From positions 10,125,847 to 10,189,846 of the forward strand of contig NC_134030.1 of NCBI RefSeq assembly GCF_964204645.1: 64,000 nucleotides of DNA, given 5' to 3'. This DNA comes from Tubulanus polymorphus (taxonomy: Eukaryota; Animalia; Nemertea). The notes below the pieces were generated by a model. The model saw only the letters and a list, made by a program, of their open reading frames with translations. It was not told the origin of the DNA and did not search any database. Below, piece after piece: positions 9,366 through 21,700 of the stretch. How positions within the stretch are numbered: position 1 is the stretch's first letter; every line of letters begins with the position of its first letter. The translations under genes were made by a program, and so were the position numbers.

Positions 9366-12157
9366 CCTTCTAGTTCGGTGTCCAATACGAAGAAAACGTT
9401 TCCCAGAGGTTTATCGCAGTTCTTCTAATCTGCCGTTTGATGTTGTCTGCGACTTATGACCGACTAACTTTAGGGGTTGGCGCTTTTTCGTCATGTTTTC
9501 TATGTCAGGAAAATATTATCTTGGCATCTTTTATTACATCATCCACGTCGACATCAGCTTATCGGAGACTGGTGTGGTTCGGCGCGTTGATTTGACCTTC
9601 TCGGCGCGGATAGACCCGAATTCAGTACATCCCTATCTATACGCCCGTCTGATTTCGACGGCAGCTCGCCGAAGGCGTCACGAATCTTCATAGGAGATCC
9701 TACGCTTTGCTTTGTCTATATATGCTCGGCGAATGATACGGCGAAAAAGGCGGTTTCGTTCTTTTTTTATAATGAAAATTCCTGCTCTCAGAAATAAACG
9801 ACGCTTTTTCAACACGTGTTTTTTTAAACAACTTGAAAAAACATTTCTTTTCCTGTGACTATGGCGCGAATCTGAGGCTTCCGGTTCACAGGAGCAGAGG
9901 TCATTTCGTTTTTTGAATATGTAACTCGTACGAGAATGAACGCAGGTCTAGCAAAAAAGTGCCGCCAGTGATCATGAAATTTTTAAATCTGTTCTTAAGA
10001 TATCGTAGTAGCAGCAACGATAGTAAATAGCTTCGTAGCCTTTTTAGACCTTTCGCCGTTGGAGAATTTCCAAAAGTCTGCTTATTGTGATAGATTAGTT
10101 GCATTGGGGAATGCCATCGGTTTTCGTTGTAAGAAAGTTACTGCAATGAAAAGTCTATTTGAACTGGACATCCTGTAATTAAATCCGATATCCTTGTCCT
10201 CTTTGATCGCGATATCTGTAGTTCCTTTCTAGTGAAATTTCTTGTTCCATTTAAATAATTCGAAACAACTCTCACTGGTCGTATCCTTTGTGGATTAATC
10301 ACGCGAGCCATCTCACATTTTTCTAAGAGTAATACCGTTGGCAACAAGGCTGTGGCTTACGTGAATTCGATTGTTTCTCTTCTAAGCAACCAGTCTGGCT
10401 ATATTATGATCCAATTCGTTTTTACGTCCATGGACCTCATGATCAGCTCTCATTTCTTCCATACCCTTATCTGATTCAGATTGGACGTCTAATTCCGGAT
10501 GAATATTTTGAACTAAAGATACTGCGTGAGACCAGATATGTAAAAGGTGTAAAAGTTTCCATATGATATTTAGAGGAAAAAGTGTAATAAGAAAAGATTG
10601 ATGTCTTGATTTTCTAGTTTTTATTTTGTCTTCGTGTAGCTATATCGTGAATCCTGAGTGAATTCGTGGCCATGTATATGGCCAAATGTTTCAAGAGTTA
10701 GGACATATGGATAGGTTTACCCATATTACTACGCGATATATTCAACATATGATATTCTGAGCCTTCTCTCCAACAGAGTTACTGATTTTTTCAATTCATC
10801 GATTCAATTTCCAAACATCTTACTTATAGAATCGATTCATTTCATTCATCCAAGCTCTGGGGAACGGTATCCACGTATTTCTGGTATTATGTCCCACAGC
10901 TCGGCTTTGTGCAGATTTCGAAGTTCTCAAAATGACATAATCAACTGCGTACAGCTTCATGTTTTTCATAAAACGATACAAAATTGTGATAAGCAATTCG
11001 AATTATTGATTATCGAGATTCATATTCATTTCAACGAAATACATACATTATTCATACGAGAATAACAAATGCCAAAATGGACGAACTCGATCGATTCCCA
11101 ATCGTTATGTTATTGGGTGTGAAAATATGGTATGGGTTATCAACGAATTGACGAAAATCCATTTGATTGGCGCTGTTTCATCAATTACCAATGTCAGTCG
11201 CAACATATGTCATCATTCTTCATATATAACATATTCATATGTTCATTATACATGGATAATGAATGCACTAATATATTCTTCATTTTTCATACCATGAAAT
11301 ACGAAACCTGCACGCGTCTCTGGTCCATCCTCTCGCTTACTACCGTTGAAAATATGATACGGGATCCTTCTGAGAAAATCCTTAGGAAGATAGCAAGATT
11401 CATTTAACAGGTCAAAAATGGCATATAAACATTTTTGGATGGATAGAAGGATCGATTTGATGGCCCAAATGTGCTCAGATCGCCTCTCAGAGCCCTGAAA
11501 ATAAGAAGAAATAACCGAATCGAAATCCTTCTTATATCATTTCTTTATCAAGAACGGGTGACATATCTTTGATTGCTACGAGTTATAGTAATACAGTCTA
11601 GATTAGTTGTGATGTGTTCAGGAATGCTCGATTCAACACGTACCGGTATATGAAAAACAAAACCGTCGTGTGCAACGTCGAATGTTTGGTTAGCACTCAA
11701 AAAATTGGGCCGCGGTCACCGAATTTCCAACGCGCTAAGTACGCTTTGCGAACAATGCTTGCGGGCTAGCAGCGTGCACTTTAGATTAAAGCGCCTCAGA
11801 TACCTAGGTGGACCGAAAAGCGGAACAATCGAGCGCGGTTTTTCGGGGTTGAGAGCAATTTCGGAACCAATTCGTCCCAGGTCTATTTGCGAGGATTGTT
11901 TTTGAAGAGAGTTGTGCCTTGCATAAATTACCTATCGGTACTTGAAAGTTGAAGGGTCACCGTGTATGGCTATACTCCGAATTCCGAATAGAAAAAAAAA
12001 CGAAGAAGAAGATGGAAACTCGGTTTTCGGCAAATCGGCACCCGATATCAGATGGATCGAAATCGAAGAGGGACTCACGTGTCTGGCGGCTGAAACTGCT
12101 ACTATTCGTTGACGAAGTAGAGCACTTACATCCGGGTAGTTTTACACGTGTTGCAGT

Positions 12158-12196
12158 CATCATCACCATCATCATCATCACCATCGTCATCATCAT
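12158..12196. repeat. (CAT/CAC)n microsatellite
   Basis: catcatcaccatcatcatcatcaccatcgtcatcatcat, just upstream of a possible splice donor (TCGG|GTAAAT ~12221). Confidence 0.85.
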
Positions 12197-12699
12197 GGAC
12201 GACTGAACCGAAGATCTTCGGGTAAATAGAATAGATATATGATAACGTGCTTTAATCGCATGAAATAATGAGTACTACTAACTATCGATTTAAATCATAC
12301 ATTCATACGTGTACGTGTTAAGTAGACTGTGTATAAATAATAAGCATGACTCCCTTGTCCTATGGGCTTCACAGTGCCATCTTGCCGACGGACAACATGA
12401 TCGCTTGTTCCTAATACCCCACTACAAAAAAACTCTTACTTCGGAATGAAGTGCGAGAGACATTACATTCCCGAAACAGAATTGTTTTATCTTTTTATGG
12501 TGCATTTTCGGATAGGCCTATTTGGTATGATAATCGTATATGTTTAATATGCAGTTAATATGATGTGGCACATTCGTATACAGGAAATTACCAGTTCATC
12601 TTCATCAAAGGAAATGCGTCGTTCCGATTTCAATTTTTTACTTCTTGTCTTTTTTTCTCATTTTCTTTTTATCTGAGAACCGGGTTTGATCTTGTTATT

Positions 12700-12815
12700 T
12701 GTTTGAATGGTTGATTTGATTTGATTTGAATTGATCTCGTGACCCTTGCAAACCCGCCACACCTTCCGAGCGCGAAACGGGGGGGTTTTATTTCGGAATC
12801 GGAAATCGAAGCACA
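12700..12815 (+). repeat. Dispersed repeat family (~110-180 bp); copies at ~22580-22760, ~23140-23330 and inverted at ~45697-45800
   Basis: Shared motif ...ccctt(a/g)caaaccc(a/g)cca...gggggtttgatttt-gaaatcggaaatcgaagtacag. Confidence 0.8.
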
Positions 12816-13568
12816 GTTTTTTCGTCGCCAAAGTGATGAGGTCCTAGAGATCGAGTCCACGGTGATACAAAACTATACTTCTGAGCCCAGGGTGTGCAGC
12901 TCAAATTTGTCTCGTGTGTTCAAATTTTGGAGATCCAAACTCAAGATTCAAATTCTGAAACTGGCACCGGTAACAGCTATCATAATCGCGGCGTTCATGG
13001 TTTTGCATTTTTCCCTTGTTAGAAATGCCGAATTCATTTTCCCATGTCTTGAAAAGCCTAATTCATTTAGCGTTGAAATTTCATTATAGATTCCTGATTG
13101 GACTCTATCGTATTACTGAAAAATACATCTACGTATAGATTGTAGCAAATAACGCTGGATGAAGAATGGCATCTCTGAAAACGCCCATTAAGTGTAAAGT
13201 ATGAAATTTTCCATCAGATATTTTTCAAAACTGTCGGTCATGCGACCAGTTGCTACCAGATCCATCCTACTACTGCTTGAGCGGTATTCGGTTTTGTAGA
13301 AGTGCTCTTCTATTTTTCAATTTCTGGTAGAAATAGTTAAAATGGTCGAAATTAGTAAACTTCTTCTTATTCCTTTTATGAATAATTCTTCGTCGAAATT
13401 CTATATTTTGTGGATGGATTGAAGGATAGATTTGATGCCTCAAATATGCTCGGATTTATGGGTGCCCTTCCACAGCGAGCAACACTCAGAAACCTAGTCT
13501 AGATCCACCCCTGATACGTATATACACCGCGGTGAAAATGGTATTCAGTCACTTTGGTAGAAATTCTT

Positions 13569-13682
13569 CTGGACCCAGTTCCACAGTTGTGAGTTAAGAC
13601 TTGACTCGGAGTTAACTCATTGAAAATGAATTAATTTCAACTCAGAGTTAACTCTAACTCATAACTGTGGAACAGGATCCTG
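13569..13682. mobile_element. Palindromic MITE (GG(G/A)CCCAGTTCCACAGTTGTGAGTTA TIR); copy at ~31520-31627, partial ~24900; related families at ~6373-6450/~60941-61065 and ~31627-31757/~60495-60590
   Basis: Inverted repeats cccagttccacagttgtgagtta ... taactcataactgtggaac. CWG flanks are compatible with PIF/Harbinger-type MITEs (inference). Confidence 0.75.
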
Positions 13683-15394
13683 GGTGGCAATCGAATACCA
13701 CCGGGATATTTTCATATAACCCAGTAAAAATGAAGATCCTTTTCGTTAGCTCCGATCTTAATGAGTCTGAATACTTGCGAATAGACTTGTTACTAATATT
13801 TGGGTGATATTTTCTGAATGGTCATAGAAAATAAATCTTCAATAGAAATTCCAATGTTTTAAATAGCCACAACAAGACAAAAACTACCATAAAATCCATC
13901 TTCAATCCAATCGATCGCATTAAAGACGAATTCTATTGTAGTTTTTGTCTTGTGTGGCTATCGTAGAAAATCTAAGCGAAATCCCCTCGAAGTCGCTCTT
14001 AGAAAAAATATGAGATAACTTATTTGTGTATCTTAAAGATTCGTTTGAAAAAAAAGAGATCAGTATCCGGTCTATTGCTATGCACTTCGCGTCGAGACGG
14101 TTGTTGGCTTTACGTGAATTCAAACATTTTTTTTCTTCTATAAAGTGTTCGCTTTTATTAGGTTGCCACCTATTCCTCCGCGTATTCTCGATGACAACAA
14201 AAACCTGATCAAACCGTTTTTAAGGGTCGTTTTGGTTAAATAAATTCGTCTTTATTTACCGACGAGTCGCACCCGACTCATTGCCGAGTCACGCACGATC
14301 TTGCAAAACGATATATTAAAATCCCGCCGCCGGCTGCCGTTGTTCTTTGTGTGCGCGTACCCGTGTGTATTTTTTTGTACAATATTTTGATTGCATATCT
14401 ATAACGTATATATATAATATAATACAAATAAAACTCGTCAAGATAATGCCGTGAGATAATAAGAAACGTATATTTTCAATCGGCGTACACGTTGTAATCC
14501 CACAGTAAGATAAAGTCGGAGATACGTATCCATATGTTTTTATCTTTGATGCGGGGTGCTTTTACCTTAGTTTGTGTCTTGTATTGTATTTAGTAACGAT
14601 GTTTAAGTACAGTAAAACATATTTGATTGGGGTTATCACAGTCATTATCGTTTTTGCCGGTATAAATTGGATGCCTTTTTAACACAATGCAATAGCTTTA
14701 ACACCGGGGGCCGATTTTAAGTGTGAGTTTGGTGAAAGGTTGTGTGCATGTGAGTTTATGTGTGTGTGCGTGTGTGTGTGATTTCCATGGGTGCCAGGGC
14801 CATGTTTTATGGTTAAAAGTTTTTAACTTCTCCTGGTATCCATCGACTTATTTTACATTACTAAATTATCGTCTGTAATTTTCTAATGTAACTTAATTCG
14901 TAAATAAAGAATAATAATAATAATAATGAATAACAATAATGATAATAATAATACACTCACCAAGCATCAGTACACAAGCAAGACTTATGGATCGGATAGT
15001 GATAAATTGAACTGCTAAAATCTTTTCTTTAATGATGCTAGATACATGCAGATGATAATGGATATTAAACGATTCCAAACACGAAAAAGAAGCTACCGTC
15101 GGATCGGGGTCGTTTTGGAAAAACTATTTTGCACGTTTTTACAAATACGAATGAAAATGTACATCTCCTTTAACGTAATATCCACGTACATGTACATGTT
15201 TACGTATTGACATGTTATCCGATGTGATCTGAGAATTATGCGAGCGACGAGGAAACTCCCACTTCCCAGGAAAGACTAATAAGAAATGAAAACAAACTGA
15301 AAGTATCGACTACCAAAAGTCTTGAATATGTTATCTGCTTTTCACTTCGTTGCGAAGTGGGATACTGATACTGTCTTATTGAACCACTTTGCAA

Positions 15395-15565
15395 TCGAGT
15401 TCTATGTCACACGATCTTTTCACGTCTCGGCACCTCGTTTGTGGAGTAATTTCGTACCGATTCGTATTCGTAACCGACCATCAGCAGAGTCTTTCAATCG
15501 TGCTTTAAATACTTTTTTTATTCAAAGAGTATCGAGATTGTTTTAATGTAAAGCGCTTTTGAATT
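15395..15565 (+). mobile_element. 3' remnant of an L2/CR1-group LINE
   Basis: FYVTRSFHVSAPRLWSNFVPIRIRNRPSAESFNRALNTFF fits the RxFSxxAPxLWNxLP...FKxxLKT ORF2 end; followed by TGTAAAGCGCTTT. Confidence 0.75.
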
Positions 15566-16052
15566 AGATTAATTTAACTTATCATTAATACAATTTCTAG
15601 TTTAGGCATTCCACAATATTAGGCATATCATAATGAATATATTAATAATGATATTTCTGTGGGGTTATTATTTGATCAGGATATTTTTTAGATCTTGAAT
15701 TATTAGATCACATGAAAAAATGCTGTAGGGCCCTTCGACTGAACATTGGAATCGAAGATTCTTCATTAATGGGACTCTAACCTGCAAAGCCTGGGATTAC
15801 GTTAACACCAAAAATGCTGCTATTTTCTACTATAATTAGGCAATGTATAATTAAATTTGAAACCAAATTGAATACGACTGGTGTAGTTGATTTGACTGGA
15901 ATAGTTGATTAAAACTGTGTGTTTTAATTGCCGCAGATGACGGTGTAAAAATAAGGTTAACGTGTAGAAAAGTTAGTCATAAACCGTTATTGAAAATTGC
16001 CTGAAATTATTTTTACATGAAGTACTATCGTCGCATGTTATAGTCGGACCGC

Positions 16053-16066
16053 GTTGTCATGGCGAC
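16053..16066. promoter_or_regulatory. RFX X-box-like motif
   Basis: GTTGTCATGGCGAC vs consensus GTTGCCATGGCAAC. Confidence 0.4.
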
Positions 16067-18558
16067 GACATCCAAGTGTTGCCTCTCCCGTCGTTGTTAA
16101 ATGGGTCAAGTGCCCTCAGCCAATCGATTCGTTTCATGTACCCCATTTGCATATGTATTTTTCAAACGAAGGCATTGCTGTTTCGCATATGTTAGGTGAT
16201 ATTATTATATATACCAAAAGAACTGGCGGTTCTGTTTTGTTTCATAACACCGAAGCCAAATAATTGCAACGCGTACACGAATATATGAGAAACTTTCCCG
16301 CAACTATTTTATCGAACTGCGAGTGCTTTTCCGTCGATCGAATGAAAGTACCTGATAAACTTGCGGTGACGTGTTTCAGAACGATTTAGGAATCGAGCTG
16401 AAGAATGAGACCTCTAGATATTCTTTACCGATCAATACTATTGTAGTCGATATGATATGTCCTTTTCACGCAGACGACACTGTTTACAGAGCTGCTGATT
16501 GCAGTTTATTTGAACTCAAGGTTGACCATTTAGACAATACGAGCGACAGAAGTAGAAACAATATACCAAGTAACGTAGCGGCGAGTGCCGTATTTACTCG
16601 AATATTTTAGCAATTTTACTTGTAAAGATACATAAGTTATGCAACGTTCTGATTTTTCTCGCCTGCATGAGTGAGGACAATTTAAACTGGTTTGGATGCA
16701 TCGAAAATTATCTCTCAATATACTCGGTCCTTTCGAGGACGAAATTCGAGGAACGGAACAACTTTTCGAGGCGCGCGCGTCCGTGTCCATACGTCAATTT
16801 CAATGTCACTCATCACCAGGTCGAAAACGGTAAATAGTTACGTCGCATTTCCCTCAAGCCACTGAACAATGATGTATACCTGTAATTTTAAGCATTTCTA
16901 TTTTTTGTTAAATTTCGAGAACACGAGATACTAATGTTAATTATTGATATCGTTTATATTGGTTTATTTTGGAACGAGCTGATGAGTAATAACTGAAGAG
17001 CACCGGTTCGTATTCGATGACTATTTAAAAGCATTCGTTGTTGTTGCATATACATCGTGTTATACAACTTCATTATTCAACCCTAACATCATTCAAGCCT
17101 CTACTTGTTATACGTTTCTACAACTGAACGGATAAAAACAAATTGCTAAAGTGGACCCCAATCGATACATTCCCAATAACGCGGTTTCATCTTTAAGTTT
17201 TTCCGAATATGATTGCGACTCCAATGCCGATTGGAGAATTTCGTGGCGTTTTGAATACAACTTGCGTCATCAACGGTTTTCAACGCATCAGTGAACGTAT
17301 TGATATTAGTTATTATAGGTTCCCTATAACTCCTTGATTTCTTGAAAACTCCTTCTAAACCAAATATATTTTTCAAGATCCTTAAATATCCTTGAACTTG
17401 CTGCCCCAAAGTCCTTGAAAATTCCTTAAATTTTGAGAAATTGGCAATTAGAAAATGGTTAGGTTTTATACCTAGTTATTATACACACAGGTTCCACCGA
17501 ATGAGATGGTTTACCGAGATAATCAGTCGCGATTTAGGAGTAGTGCACAATAATTGGGATTGATAGTGATGCAGACGCTTCCTCGAAATTTGAAATTTTC
17601 TCCTTGACAACTCCTTGAAAAGTCCTTGAATTTTGGAAATACTGATCTGTTGGAACCATGTATTAGTTCGGTATCAGTCGCACGCTTTTTGGGACCTTGG
17701 AGGTATATGGGGCAGAAGAGCATTCTGAGAAAATTAGTCCGTGCGAGGAGAAGGTGTCCGCTTGCAGGTCTGAGGGCCTCCGCAGAAAGTTTCTGAAAAA
17801 AAAATCGGATGATAATTATGAAATGAAGCCATTATTTCTTTTTGATATTGGCCGAGTTCAATTCGGCCAATTTGAAGATTACCAATTCATGACAATTTTG
17901 TGATACATAAAACTCCTCGATGAATCGGTCGATATTTGGCTAACTCCCCTCGTCGATCGATTCGGTTCAATCGAGGCGAGTATTTCGTATTCAACTCACT
18001 TATTAGCGATGTTATGAACGACTAAATGAAATGATCAAATACATTTTTAAGAGGGTGCATTTTCGAATTTGCAAAAAAAGAATCGAGTACATATCCTCAG
18101 CCACAGCTGGTAGGTCTACCCTATCTCCTTGATAAAGTGAAGTTATCGTGGCGTAAAGATGAGTCGTGATACGATATTTTCGCGCGAAAGATTGTTACGT
18201 CCAGGATATATATACACTGGTATCGATCACCAAAAGTTTAATGGTTATGAATGCTTCTATGAATTGCCATTCGAAATATATGTTTTCACTTAATTCTTCG
18301 AAACTTTCATCAAAATCTTAATTTTGGGACGGGCGTCGTGTGACGTAATAAAAGTTCCTCGATGAACTGGTTACATAAGAATACAATGGAATCCATCTTC
18401 ATTGAATGAACGAATGAAGTTTTATTTTGCAAAATGAATCTAGTCACATAATCACATAATATCACCGCAGAATGAATTGACAATATGCACGTACCATACA
18501 TACATAAATACATACATACACATGAATATATACATATGATACCTCAAGATTTTACCTC

Positions 18559-18724
18559 AAGCCCAACACACACGTCGCAGGGAAACACGAAAAAAACATG
18601 TTCTATCTCGGAAACATTGTTTCCCGAAACCGTGTTTCTCGCGTCTCGTTCATGGGGAAACTCGCTGGAACATGTTGCTGTCACGTGTTCCCGTGTTTCC
18701 CTGCGTGTCGTGTGCGCTGGGCTT
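18559..18724. mobile_element. Palindromic MITE
   Basis: TIRs aagcccaacacacacgtcgcagggaaacacg / cgtgtttccctgcgtgtcgtgtgcgctgggcttt. Confidence 0.7.
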
Positions 18725-21700
18725 TATTGTACATGTACAAAGATATGCCATAAGGAATGTATAACAAAAATGTACAACACGTTAATGGGTCCACGAAATT
18801 CGTTTTCGTCATTTTCTTTTCCCAAACTATCGTACGGCGTTTACAACATGACATATGAAAAAGTATTATAGGACATTCCCTAGTATTGAAAAATTTGAAA
18901 TGTTAATATGGGTAACCGGAAAAATCAGGAACAACTTGATCAGTTTCATCAAAAAGGGATTGAGATTTTCGCTTGAGCTTGTCAAGCCATATTGTACATT
19001 TCCATAATTATTATAATGTTCTGTTTTGCATGCTCTGTGCAAGTTACTTATTGTTGAGCAATAAACTAAACTAAAAAAAAACTGAACTTAACATAGGTAT
19101 GTGCAGAAAATTGCGGGATCCACACTTCAAGATCATATATTCGTCCTGCAATGAAAACGAGCATAAATGCACATTTTCAACAAAAACATTTGATACAGTT
19201 TTATCATTGCGTGTTTAACGACGCGATGTAATTAAAAGCCAAGTCGATACTTTTGCGGATTTTTTTACAATTATTTATACCGCCATGGATGATATTAGAT
19301 ATGTAGCGATATCTGATAACCACTCGTTTTACAAGTGGGCTATTTTCAATATGAAGTCGTTGCATTTCATCATTTCGTGTACGTTAATTGCGATCCAGGC
19401 ACCGAAAAAAGATCATTTCAACGCCGTATTGTGTGTTGGTTTTGTGGTTCTGAAAACGAAGATATCGGGCGCTTAAACGCATTTTCATGAAACGAAACCG
19501 TATTGTTAGCTTTTGGAAAAAATGATACCTTGTTTCTCATAATCGGCTGGGTCGCAGTAAACTGCAATAACAACATTTGTAATCAGTTCATTTCTATAGC
19601 TGCCGGGTTCTGTTATGGTTAGCTTGATCGTGATTTTCAAAAAAGTAAAATACAATTATATCAAGTATAATAGATCCACTTATAAGCTCAGCAAAAATGA
19701 GAAACGAGGTATCAATTTTTCTAGCCTTTACGCGAAATTATAGATGAATTAAGTGTCTTTAGGCGCCATGTTAAAAAATATGTGTCCTATCATTAAGAAT
19801 CCATCTACAATTTCTATTAAATGAGACAAAGTTAGCATCTCGCGCAAATTATCATCATTATCATCATTATTGACCGTCGTCCTTTTCCTACTCGTACTAC
19901 TCAAACAGTTTAACAGTTTATTTGAAAAACTCAACTCAAGACACTATATCGAGATCTGTATGTGTACGGTCGGTTCGAATCCGATTGTTAATGCACCTCT
20001 TGGTATTGTACTTTTTCCTTGCATTTCGACATTCATGACCAAACCATGGTTTATCCCGTTTGTCCCATATTTTACGTATACTCGTCTCGCGCGATATTAA
20101 CCTGGAATATATGGATATTAATATGGAACAATAACAAAAACTGGTCGCCGTGTTTTGTGAAACAGTTTGAAAAATAGACGAAAACATTTCGATTATATAC
20201 ATAATTCGACGTTTCTATTAATACGACGACGGCTGCCATCACGGCGCAGTGTGTGGAGGTATTCGCAGCGCGCGCGTTTACCGATAATACAGACATTCTT
20301 GTCTCGATAAAATGAGAATGAATGACTAACTTACTTACTAATTATTACTACTCGTTATAAAAACACGCCCGATAATTACCAATGATTAATATAAGATGCA
20401 TGTAGATTGTCGGCCATATTCGCTGTATGTATCTTTTACTTAGGCTTTATAGTCAGTTGATGATAAACTTTCGATAAATACGACAGTAGAATCGGCTTGA
20501 AAATGAAATCGCGCAAACAGGAAAAACCAAAAAGTTGTTGAATTCAAGTGGATTTCAGAAGTTCGTTCTTTTTTATCAGAACCGAGTGTATTGTTTACGT
20601 ACGTAGGTTCGTTTCGTTGTTATCAAAAGTATATCGTGATTATTTCAACTCGCGAAATGAAAATAATCGTTCTTTTTTATCATTACCAAGCCGTCCTTGA
20701 TCGGGGTTTTTTTGCCGGTTTATCGCTACGGAACATCGTGGCTTTTAAACGATTCGAGACGTGCTCCGTAGTATGCTGTCCGCTTTTTAGTTCAATGTCG
20801 TTGCAACGATAACAACGATAAAAAAAGCTAGGATGACTCTCCCCGTTTCGCAAAATGACTCACTTCGTGAATCCGCACCCCCTATCACAGGGGCTTGTAT
20901 ATAAGCTTTTAAAGATGTAGTAGTGACTATTACATTATCAATTGTGACAAGCCCTGTGCTCCATATTTAGTCATAATTCGCAGAAGCGTCATCGTCGCTT
21001 TTGTTGGCTAAGTCTGGTTTTTTGTTACCCTGGATCCGAGTTTTACGATTCTAAGTCAGGATTTGTAGAAAACAACGTCCTGGTCGTTAAAATTGTCATG
21101 AAAATGTTTTTCTACAGCGATATCCAGCACGAAATCGCTAAGTCTATGAATACATGATTAATTTGCAGCTAATCATCATAATATTTGCCGTAACGATCGG
21201 TGACGTCGTCCGTGTAACACGCCCTTATAAGTGACGTCACGAAAATGCATTTGTCAGGCGACGCGCAGCACAGGCCGCTGGCGTGTCTCTCCGTGCGCTC
21301 CGACGGAGGGCTAAATTGCGCGTAAGACAACTGCATCCGTGTAAAACAAACATCCCGGTCCGAATCCGGATCAAGTTTTCTGTCAGGTACGTGACGCCAC
21401 GCAATCATTCTCAATCACAGATCGAATTAGTGAATAATCGTTGCTTTTACAGAAATCTTTCTTCCGTTTTTTTTCCTGGTAAACACATTCATTCGTTTGT
21501 TTGCACACGTATATTCTTTAGCACGGAAATTTTCATTTGTTCTCATAATTTGATTTGAAATGTTTAGAATTTAAATTTTGATCCGGTTTTTAAATGGTGA
21601 CGTTCTTTTGGGCAACGATGGAAAACGAATTGCTCTCAATTTGTGGCACTTTTTCATAGTTTCCGCAGTTCAATATGTAACGTGAATGTTGCGATTTAAT

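Noticed and set aside
11949-12206. ORFs with poly-Ile/poly-Met, or a poly-His exon
   Set aside because: Products of the (CAT)n microsatellite. The His frame has a stop at 12137, and no partner exons were found.
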